From IMG/VR virus record IMGVR_UViG_3300033073_001271, positions 1 to 64,000 of that record: a stretch of 64,000 bases of DNA, one strand, 5' to 3'. The DNA comes from a virus (taxonomy: Duplodnaviria; Caudoviricetes). Positions 57,301-64,000 of this stretch are shown here, piece after piece. A program made the translations under genes and the position numbers. The stretch's first letter is position 1, and each line of letters begins with the position of its first letter. The notes below the pieces were generated by a model that was not told the DNA's origin, did not search any database, and saw nothing but the letters and a program-made list of their open reading frames with translations.

Positions 57301-60300
57301 TTTTTCCAGCTTCGAGCGGATCTTTTACGCCACCGGCTAATTGACCTTTGGCATCTCTTAAATTTTTACCAATGCTTTGAACGCTGGTATATGCAGTTTT
57401 ACCAATTGAGTTAAATTGTTTTGCAAATCGCTGCATATTTTTTACAGCTAATGGGACATTTTTACTGTAAGCCTTAGATATAGCTTCAACCATACGTCCA
57501 TAAGAATCAACGCCTTGATTGGTTAAATCTAATTTACGATTTTCTGATTGATTAATTTTATCAAGTATTTTTAATTGTTCTTGTTCAGCTTCTGACCACG
57601 CTTGAAGAGTTTCTTTGCTCATCTTCTTGATGGCTTCAGCGTAGTCTGTAAATTCTTTAGTAATTGAATCCCTTGTATTTTGACTTAAAATACTTGGATT
57701 TGCATTTTCTACATTGCCACCTTTTCCAGTTATTTTATCTTTAATAATTTCAGATAATCTTTTTCCAACTGCACTACCAAGAGATACGCCAAATCCTTGC
57801 TCTACAGTGTCAGCGATCAACTTATCAATTTCTTTTCCGCCGCCTGTAGCCTGAGCTTTTGCAATACTTTGCAATCCAACTTCAAGATTTGGTATAACTT
57901 TATTCAGGTCTAATAAGTTAGTAGCTAAATTTTCACCAATTGGTCCTATTGTTTTTAAAGCATCTAAAGCTGGTTGTAAATCAGCAGCATCTGGCATATC
58001 TAAATCGAATACGCTAGCGTCTGGTATAGAAGATTTTAGTCCAGCTACAGAGTCGCTAAAAGCTGCATCTAATTCGCCAGATGTCTTTGTGGCTTGTTGA
58101 ATGCTAAATTTAAAGTTTTGTAATGTAGTTTTAAGAGCTTGTTCTTCAATAAGTGTTCCAATAATAGCTTCTCTTGCAGCACGTTCTTTTAGAAGTGTTT
58201 TTTCTGTCTCCATGATTTGGAGTTTTGCTTCTAGTAATGACTTTTCAAACTCTCTAGTGCCTTGAGCTATTTCTTGATCTCTTTGCGTCGTTAAACCCTG
58301 TGCTAATTTATTATTTCCAGCTTTAGTTGCTCTTGCAATATCTGGATTATATTTAGCATTTACAATTTTAGCAATTTCTTCTTGTTGTGCTTTAATTGCC
58401 GGACCTATATCAAAGTTTTGTCCGAGTTTAGCCATGTCGCTCATTACAGTTGTTAACTTCTGTAATTTTATACCAGATAGTCTTGTAACTACATTTTCAA
58501 AATTACGAACAGCATCAGCAGCTTTATTGAATTGAGCTTTCATAGTTTCTGATCCGGTTTTTAAAATATTTGGATCAAAAGAGCTTAATTCACCTTGCGC
58601 TTTAGCAAGTTCTGTTGTCATTTTTGAGAATTGTTGATTTACATCATTTAAATCTTTATTATCAATTTTTTCAAAATATTTATTTGCATCTACTATACCT
58701 TTGCTGGCAGTTGTAAACGCCCCGCTAATTCCTTGAGCAGCAGCTTGTATTTTTGACTCATCAAAAACTTTGGCAAGTTGTGTGCCAAAGAATGTTCCAG
58801 CAAAACTACCAATTGAAGATCCTAATTGAATACCTATAGCAGTGCCAGCAGGACCGGCTAAACTACCTAATGCTCCACCTATTATAGCTCCAATACCACC
58901 TCCAGCAGCACCACCAACTGTAGCTTGAGTGCTACTTGAAGCATTATAATCAGCTTGAGCTTTTTCAGAAAGCAATAAAGTTTGTATCATGCCGTTTCTA
59001 ACTTCAACTTCGTTATTTGCAGAAGTTGCAAACTTTTCCATTGCTCTGCTTAAATTTTCACCAGCCTTTTCAGCCTGAGCATTTGTTTTTGCAATTTTAG
59101 CAGCAAATACAGCTTGTGCAAGGGCATACCCCATAATCGAACCTTCGGCTGCTTTTGATGCAAGGCTTAGCCTTTTACCAAATTTTGATGGTTCGTTATC
59201 ACCTTTATCTGATTCATTTGAAACTGTGCCTGTGTGTTGCTCCAACGCTTTTCTATCAGCTTCAACGGCAGCTCTATGCTCTCTTTCCGATTTCATAGCT
59301 GCGATTTGAGCAAAGCCCATATTTTTTAAGTTTTGTCCAATTCCATTAATAGTCGCAAAAGTACCGCTAAAAGCAGTAGCCATATCTGCGAATTCTTTGT
59401 CGAATTGAGACATCTGGGAAGCTACACCTACAACAGCAGCGCCAAGCGTTACTAATCCTGTATTTAGTGTATTACCCTTTTCTACTATCGCGTCTAATTC
59501 AGCTTTAAATTTAGCGGCAGCTTCTGTAGCCGATGCTAAAGGTGCTTTTAGACTTTGTGCGCTTTGAGCTAATGAACTAGATGAGACAAAGTTTGGATCT
59601 TTAGGAGCGTGTTTTGCAAATGCCGAGAATTGTCCAGTTGGAGTTCCTCCGTTTGCAAAATGTTGAACAAATCCGCCGTTGGCAAATTTACCAACTTTGT
59701 TCATACGATTAAGAGATGCGTAACCAATAGCTTGGGCTGATTTTTTATTGATAACGTACTCGCCGGGAGTAAGCATAGCCGGAACTGTATCAGTTCCCAC
59801 GCTTCCACCGGATGCAAATGCTAAAGTTTGTGGGGGATTTGTTTTCCACTGTTTAATAGTTTTTAACACTTTAGCTTGCTGAGATCTATCGAGATTAAAT
59901 TTAGCTACACCGAAATCACTAGATCCAGTAATTCCATTAACTAATCTAGTGGCATCTCCGGGATTATTTAAACTAAGACCTGCAATTACTGGCTTTCCAG
60001 TCTTGTCGCCTAAAGCCTTGATCATTTTTTGTCTAAAATCAGCAGACTGCTCTCTGGTAGATTTTTCAACTGCCTGTTGTTTAGCCTTTTCTCCAGCCTT
60101 AAATTCTTTTCCAAGTGCAGATTGATAAGCCTCTTCTTGATATCTTCCGCCTTTATATGACATTGGATCATATAATAATTCTCTATCAATTTTATCGCCA
60201 ACTGCTGCTGCGGCGGCTCTAGACGCTTTAGCGTCAACAAATGGCATTTTTAAATTGGGAAAGTCGCCGCTTAATAGGGTTGGCAACCCTTTAGTAAAGT

Positions 60301-62242
60301 CGAACGGTCTTTTTGGATCTGATTTAGGATCAAATTCACCTTTGCCCTCTGCAAAGGTTAAAATTTGCTCAAACATATTTCCATAAGAGCCTTCGTTAAT
60401 AGTATCTAGAAAATTACGTTCATTTTGTGCGGTTAATTTTATAGGTGAAATACCAGTAAAATCTTCTGATTTAGCAATTGCCGCTTCTAAACCTCTTGCT
60501 AATCCATTCTCAATTGCATCTCTAAACTTGCCATATGTTTTGGTAGAAACACCTTCTTTTTCAATTTTCCATTTTTTATTTTTTACTTTTTCAAAAAGAG
60601 GTTGATTATTTTTTTCAAGATATTTTTTTGTTTCATTACTTATTTGGTGTGTACCGCCACTATCCCTTACACCCGGTTCTAAAATAGCTGCGCCAATTTC
60701 ATTTTGATCTTCAATTTTTCCACCTGCGGCATATTTATTAACTCTAGCTAAATTACCAATTCCTAATTTTTTAACAGAGCTTTTCTTAATAACAAATTCA
60801 CCGGGAGTAAGCATAGCTGGTACAGTATCACTATTCCCACTTCCGGGAACTAATCCACCTGTAGCAAATCCAATTCTTCCACCTTGAGCCTTTTTACCAA
60901 TGCCAAGAGATTTAATTCCCGGCAACAGACTTTGGCCTATTTTTAAAGCTCCAAAACTTGCAATAAGTGGTAGTAATGGCTTTAATGTTGTGCCAACTTG
61001 AATGAAGGCGTTAGCCATTTGTAGTAATTTAGATACTGTATCTTGGAATGCTGACGACTGCGTTAACTCTTTAACAAATCTTAAGAATTCTTCGCGGGTT
61101 TTTTGAATTTGTACGGCGAGGGATTGCTGTGCGGTGGCAGCATCTCTTGCAAGTGAACCACTAGAGTTTTGAGCTACGCCAAGGGCTTTTTGTGCAACTG
61201 CAAATTGTTGAATAAGAGGAATAACTTTAGAAACCTGACGGAATCCACCAAGTTGTTCAACAATTAAATTAAATCTAAAATCTTTAGGATCAATAGTTGA
61301 GAGAGCTATGCTCAATCTCTTTGCTGCTTCCATTGGGCCAACGAATTGACCTTTAATGTCTTGCAACTCAATACCAAGATCTCTAAGATTATTCATTGTA
61401 TCAACACGCTGAACGCGCGTAAAGATAGTTCTGAAACCTGTTGCGATACTTTCGGCTGATTCACGGGTTGTTGATCTAACGCTTGTGAATAACGCAATAA
61501 GCTCGTTTAAACTACCACCAGCACTTTCAAATGCGGAACCTGTAGTTTTAACGGCTGTAATTAAGTCCGATGATTCAACAGCAAAGTCTTTAGAAACCTG
61601 ATTAATTGCAGATAAAGATTTCTCTAAGAATGCTACTTCACTCCCAGTTCTTTGGGCCTCACGACCAAACTGGTTTAAAATAGCAATAGCGCCTTCTGTA
61701 GTGTCTTCGATTGATTTGAATGTGGCGGCTAAGTCTGTTTGGGCTAATACTTTTAACGATCCAGTTACTTTGTCGGCTGCGAAACCAGCTTGTGTTAAGT
61801 TTCTAGCAGCAACGATTAATTCTTTAGAAGATGCCCCTAGGCCAGTTGCTATATTACCAATTTCAACTTCTAGACCTCTTAGCTGCCCTACTGTTTTTCC
61901 TGTGGCTTGAGCGATCTTTACCATTTCTCTTTCAAATTCTATAGCATCGCTAACAGCGTGCTTAATCGCTCTTGTTAAACCAACAAAAGTTCCCGTAGCA
62001 AGAGTTATAGCTGAAAAGCGTTTTGCCGCCTGAGCTATATTATTGCCAAGAGAACTTACAGATTTACTGGCTCCATCAGCAGCTTTACCAATACCTCTGA
62101 TCTGAGATTCAGCGGTAGCTAAATCCTTGATCTTAATATTGAGGTTCATACCTTGAAACTGCTGTTTTAAATTGTTTACAACTTGAGATAGGTTTTTAGT
62201 TTGTAAGTTTAATTCGGCAGTTATAGCGAACTTTGAAGCCAT
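54341..62242 (-). CDS. Tail tape measure protein (2633 aa, modular)
   Basis: N-terminal TMP core (AVSDAIEFEREMVKIAQATG...RESAESIATGFRTIFTR); Ala/Gln-rich helical regions; AxGG and DTVPAMLTPGE motifs; follows chaperone-like genes. Confidence 0.9.
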   Translation of the reverse strand: MASKFAITAELNLQTKNLSQVVNNLKQQFQGMNLNIKIKDLATAESQIRGIGKAADGASKSVSSLGNNIAQAAKRFSAITLATGTFVGLTRAIKHAVSDAIEFEREMVKIAQATGKTVGQLRGLEVEIGNIATGLGASSKELIVAARNLTQAGFAADKVTGSLKVLAQTDLAATFKSIEDTTEGAIAILNQFGREAQRTGSEVAFLEKSLSAINQVSKDFAVESSDLITAVKTTGSAFESAGGSLNELIALFTSVRSTTRESAESIATGFRTIFTRVQRVDTMNNLRDLGIELQDIKGQFVGPMEAAKRLSIALSTIDPKDFRFNLIVEQLGGFRQVSKVIPLIQQFAVAQKALGVAQNSSGSLARDAATAQQSLAVQIQKTREEFLRFVKELTQSSAFQDTVSKLLQMANAFIQVGTTLKPLLPLIASFGALKIGQSLLPGIKSLGIGKKAQGGRIGFATGGLVPGSGNSDTVPAMLTPGEFVIKKSSVKKLGIGNLARVNKYAAGGKIEDQNEIGAAILEPGVRDSGGTHQISNETKKYLEKNNQPLFEKVKNKKWKIEKEGVSTKTYGKFRDAIENGLARGLEAAIAKSEDFTGISPIKLTAQNERNFLDTINEGSYGNMFEQILTFAEGKGEFDPKSDPKRPFDFTKGLPTLLSGDFPNLKMPFVDAKASRAAAAAVGDKIDRELLYDPMSYKGGRYQEEAYQSALGKEFKAGEKAKQQAVEKSTREQSADFRQKMIKALGDKTGKPVIAGLSLNNPGDATRLVNGITGSSDFGVAKFNLDRSQQAKVLKTIKQWKTNPPQTLAFASGGSVGTDTVPAMLTPGEYVINKKSAQAIGYASLNRMNKVGKFANGGFVQHFANGGTPTGQFSAFAKHAPKDPNFVSSSSLAQSAQSLKAPLASATEAAAKFKAELDAIVEKGNTLNTGLVTLGAAVVGVASQMSQFDKEFADMATAFSGTFATINGIGQNLKNMGFAQIAAMKSEREHRAAVEADRKALEQHTGTVSNESDKGDNEPSKFGKRLSLASKAAEGSIMGYALAQAVFAAKIAKTNAQAEKAGENLSRAMEKFATSANNEVEVRNGMIQTLLLSEKAQADYNASSSTQATVGGAAGGGIGAIIGGALGSLAGPAGTAIGIQLGSSIGSFAGTFFGTQLAKVFDESKIQAAAQGISGAFTTASKGIVDANKYFEKIDNKDLNDVNQQFSKMTTELAKAQGELSSFDPNILKTGSETMKAQFNKAADAVRNFENVVTRLSGIKLQKLTTVMSDMAKLGQNFDIGPAIKAQQEEIAKIVNAKYNPDIARATKAGNNKLAQGLTTQRDQEIAQGTREFEKSLLEAKLQIMETEKTLLKERAAREAIIGTLIEEQALKTTLQNFKFSIQQATKTSGELDAAFSDSVAGLKSSIPDASVFDLDMPDAADLQPALDALKTIGPIGENLATNLLDLNKVIPNLEVGLQSIAKAQATGGGKEIDKLIADTVEQGFGVSLGSAVGKRLSEIIKDKITGKGGNVENANPSILSQNTRDSITKEFTDYAEAIKKMSKETLQAWSEAEQEQLKILDKINQSENRKLDLTNQGVDSYGRMVEAISKAYSKNVPLAVKNMQRFAKQFNSIGKTAYTSVQSIGKNLRDAKGQLAGGVKDPLEAGKIQNTANRLEQSLKTLANQSERTGDTLAELEKFKAQREAYTGAATGYAFGSDEQRKSKDDAAIALQEVMAAGGDLDAISSDMRGQVDSLLSELGDAGKNIKKQLTANFFAKRGNMDMANMVMAETSTPEQKLIAELQNIYQEEIAAQKELKDLEIMYGEGQIKALNQVTDKIKGFNDQLRGNVQRGQDKSKAMQKAAGVTSSKLTTKEIDDIISSTKTSLEAVNKNIELFGEYISKLNNYLSFIKDPEAFKKTGAAVPVNPGAPPAAKRAKGGIIYRADGGFTPQGTDTVPAMLTPGEYVIRKSAVDSIGTDTLDAINNGYATGGLVSYLRRGGRAINYGRSANAKRQKAIANADRRKAQKAADIAEFSAPIPARSGPYYTLPGGGYGLGQMPQQPTGGIANGLLNIGVDIAKSQKPVVNKENQRQIDIDANLKRASAAAAVKEIEAGPEGANAPDFNDSWSASLGKWFNRNIYDRNMMTGSIGGTIANRFGYDAGPSLQFRSGTAKDIHRQNVLDKYDLQERNLPEKYRQKEKGPDFSDSIAKKGFFGTIFATEERKATSSEIANNRKKKEEQAKKLASTSNRQISDLSKEEAAKILGRMTGMATGGLVEYHARGGRAGARARAAQRRAANPMSDFARIENTRMDLGGNPLNRDAINSPQNFAQARNARTRQSAMRGTPGALSEMADMGQTIAITTDAEKIRAKYKADAANITDPDEYRKKIAEGNIAARAATAASNKKYDSMRAANAKADSMLKSPGKGYTWNPSSRTWTAPEKNAQQLLAKYPTREQLAAKKKAEEDSLFSRKPSANDASRYTNRKYQQSNAPLTAVEKIMQQAKPGWRSASFSSGGAVHLARGGRVGHHSSGGKIRRYQEGGSVDPYAEGGNNGQAPQMPDMTSFAKSIESLNAFVGSFNGFTATMSALAGQLSSVTVTHNVTFGGQVNVGGVSGEGIVNAMKSTIEGWIRDQVSKHPDVQKAVKASDQTRGG
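56411..60829 (-). repeat. Three dispersed copies encoding DTVPAMLTPGE(F/Y)VI
   Basis: Copies at 60797-60829, 59759-59791 and 56411-56443; DNA differences within the 11 codons are synonymous. Confidence 0.95.
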
Positions 62243-62267
62243 TTATATTTTCCTCTATAAAAAAAAT

Positions 62268-62313
62268 AACATGCTGGATAAGCACTCTTTATGGGGATAC
62301 TGTCCAGCATGTT
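62268..62313 (-). terminator. Long hairpin + U-tract in the TMP leader (attenuator/terminator or processing stem)
   Basis: AACATGCTGGA / TCCAGCATGTT perfect 11-bp inverted repeat, followed on the minus strand by ATTTTTTT, then the GAGGA RBS. Confidence 0.6.
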
Positions 62314-62326
62314 CGCTACTTTCCAT

Positions 62327-62343
62327 CCTATATTATATTACAC
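62327..62343 (-). promoter_or_regulatory. Candidate phage late promoter (copy 3)
   Basis: Minus strand reads GTGTAATATAATATAGG, 2 nt after the upstream stop codon. Confidence 0.65.
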
Positions 62344-62345
62344 AA

Positions 62346-63203
62346 TTATTCAGATGAGTCAGCTTTCTTTTTCTTTGATTTTTTAGCTTCTTCTGGGGGT
62401 TTATCGATACTATCTATCGGATTTCCATCGTCATCCAGAAATGGAAGTTTATCAACGTCTAATCGTTGTCCATCACGATTAACTTTATAACTATTTCCAT
62501 CTGAGTCATATGCAATAAAATTACCCTGTTCATCTATTAGTCTTTCAACGTCATCAGTATCAATAGAAATTAAATGCCCTTCTTTATTTACAAAGCGACC
62601 CTGACTATCTGTAAAATTATATTTAGTAAGGAATTGGTTCTCTGGCAAATTCTTTTCATAGTTAGAATCTAGACTATATAAGATATTAGCAAGTTCACTT
62701 GCAGCTTTAACAGCCCAAGGCTCAGCGCCGCGCTCGTTATAGTCTTCTAAATCCTTGAATACTGGCTTTTTAGTTTGTGGATCTAGTGTGCAAACAGAAA
62801 CTAGATAATCAAATCTTTCATTATCTGCAACTCCTTCGGCTGTAGTGTTGTCATACGAAGTTCTTTCTGCAATAAGATCTCTAAATTCAATACGAAGTCT
62901 TTTAAGTTCAAGAGCAATAGCTTTAGCTTTCTTAAGTGGAATACCACCCTTTTCAAGAACTAATTCTCTATCGCCAATTTTCTTAACAAAATCTTTGTAT
63001 TGATTTTCCTTTTCTTCGCTCCAAATTCCTTGCTCAGTTAAAAAATCATTTAACTTTGCTCGAATGATAGCCTTATCTTCTAGGGCTTTTCTCCAAGCCT
63101 TATTATAAACAACCTGAGAATTATTTATATCCTTGCGGCTGGGCGCTTTGACAAGCACTGTTACATCGCCTTCAACCACAGTCTTCATTCCTTCTTCAGC
63201 CAT
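62346..63203 (-). CDS. Putative tail assembly chaperone
   Basis: Helical, charged 285-aa protein immediately upstream of the TMP; AGGAGAG RBS. Confidence 0.55.
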   Translation of the reverse strand: MAEEGMKTVVEGDVTVLVKAPSRKDINNSQVVYNKAWRKALEDKAIIRAKLNDFLTEQGIWSEEKENQYKDFVKKIGDRELVLEKGGIPLKKAKAIALELKRLRIEFRDLIAERTSYDNTTAEGVADNERFDYLVSVCTLDPQTKKPVFKDLEDYNERGAEPWAVKAASELANILYSLDSNYEKNLPENQFLTKYNFTDSQGRFVNKEGHLISIDTDDVERLIDEQGNFIAYDSDGNSYKVNRDGQRLDVDKLPFLDDDGNPIDSIDKPPEEAKKSKKKKADSSE

Positions 63204-63204
63204 T

Positions 63205-63555
63205 TTACTCTCCTCTATCTTTGAACGGTAAATTAATAGTATACTTTTTCCATGTAATTTCGTAATTTAAAAACTCATTTTCCAAATTCCTTATTTGTGT
63301 ATTACCACGATCAAGGATTTCAGACCGCATTTCTTCAAAAAATTCCCTAAGTTTTTGCTGTTCCTGTGTAGGATTATCAATATCCCAAAGAAAGCCAAAA
63401 TACTTTTCCATGCTAGAAAGAGATCCAATCATTGTAGTTTGAATCTTTTTTTTAGCAGCGCCTAGCAATCTATCTTTTGATAATTCCTTTTGGCGTTCTT
63501 CTCTAATTTGTTTAAACTCAAAAGATTTTTTTAAATACTTTGAGAATTCATCCAT
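63205..63555 (-). CDS. Hypothetical protein (tail assembly region)
   Basis: 116-aa ORF with GAGAGGG RBS. Confidence 0.65.
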   Translation of the reverse strand: MDEFSKYLKKSFEFKQIREERQKELSKDRLLGAAKKKIQTTMIGSLSSMEKYFGFLWDIDNPTQEQQKLREFFEEMRSEILDRGNTQIRNLENEFLNYEITWKKYTINLPFKDRGE

Positions 63556-63556
63556 A

Positions 63557-64000
63557 TTATTGCCCTCTCGCTTTATTCATTACAGATTGATTATTTTGCA
63601 TCTGTATATCAATTTGCACATCTGCAAATTCAAGATCCGATGAAATAATATCTCCTTTATTTAATAGCTGTTGCATTCTATTCTTTTTAATTTGCTGTAC
63701 ATGTGGCGAATTATAAGATTCAATACGAGCAGCTTCCTGATCCGACCCAGCCATTACAAATACTTCACCAGCATTTGCAATTTTTTCATTATTAGTTAAA
63801 TTATTAATTTCTTGCTCTTTTTTATATTTTTCATTTTTACGTTTTTGGTCTATAAACCAACCATCTAAACAATCGTCATCCTCTATAACTAAATCAATAG
63901 GACTTTCTGGATTTTCATATACGCTATCATACATATTAGAATATGAACATAAAACTATTTGATCTCTAGTTAGCATTGAAGACGGTTTATTAAATAGATT
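63557..64000 (-). CDS. Hypothetical protein, 5'-truncated by window edge
   Basis: Frame remains open from 63976 to base 64000 (NLFNKPSS-MLTRD...). Confidence 0.65.
   Translation of the reverse strand, partial: NLFNKPSSMLTRDQIVLCSYSNMYDSVYENPESPIDLVIEDDDCLDGWFIDQKRKNEKYKKEQEINNLTNNEKIANAGEVFVMAGSDQEAARIESYNSPHVQQIKKNRMQQLLNKGDIISSDLEFADVQIDIQMQNNQSVMNKARGQ

Noticed and set aside
683-61910. Many 60-140-aa antisense or alternate-frame ORFs in the track (e.g. 683-913, 8539-8832, 24220-24549, 43516-43878)
   Set aside because: They are fully nested in well-supported genes, have no RBS or recognisable motifs, and are typical shadow ORFs.
63515-63545. Programmed -1 frameshift in the tail chaperone region (T TTA AAA AAA)
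   Set aside because: The heptamer lies at codons 7-10 of the 116-aa gene rather than near a gene end, and such runs are expected by chance in AT-rich DNA.
1-64000. Alternative genetic code (stop-codon reassignment, seen in some large phages)
   Set aside because: Conserved genes (nrdJ, recA, dnaB, TMP) are full length in code 11 and tile tightly with stop/start overlaps.
1-64000. CRISPR array, tRNA or rRNA genes
   Set aside because: I saw no regularly spaced direct repeats or cloverleaf/TTCGA-type motifs, and intergenic gaps are too few and short. Not computationally scanned.

Overview
A 64-kb segment of a large, AT-rich (roughly one-third GC by eye) dsDNA tailed-phage genome, standard genetic code, very densely packed with ATGA/TGAT gene overlaps. 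It has two convergent blocks that meet at a bidirectional terminator near 34.84 kb. The plus strand (1-34.8 kb) carries a macrodomain-like gene, a papain-like protease with a holin-like/membrane cluster, a phage sigma factor, nucleotide metabolism (dCMP deaminase, class II RNR, dUTPase, dNMP kinase), PhoH, RecA, DnaB, DnaG, a DnaE split into two genes around a DnaQ-like exonuclease, SSB, and a ~6-kb glycosyltransferase/nucleotidyltransferase island. The minus strand (34.9-64 kb) is tail morphogenesis: chaperone-like genes, a 2633-aa tape measure protein (TMP), large tail proteins and Cys-rich distal proteins. Most interesting: (1) a recurrent GTG-TAnnnT-N4-TAGG motif upstream of three structural transcription units, a candidate target of the phage sigma factor; (2) a modular TMP in which repeated AxGG/DTVPAMLTPGE motifs delimit different inserted segments, one with a PD-(D/E)xK-like signature; (3) an intein-free split DnaE; (4) several structured intergenic elements. 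All functional calls come from motif recognition by eye; no database searches were run and the host cannot be determined from this window.
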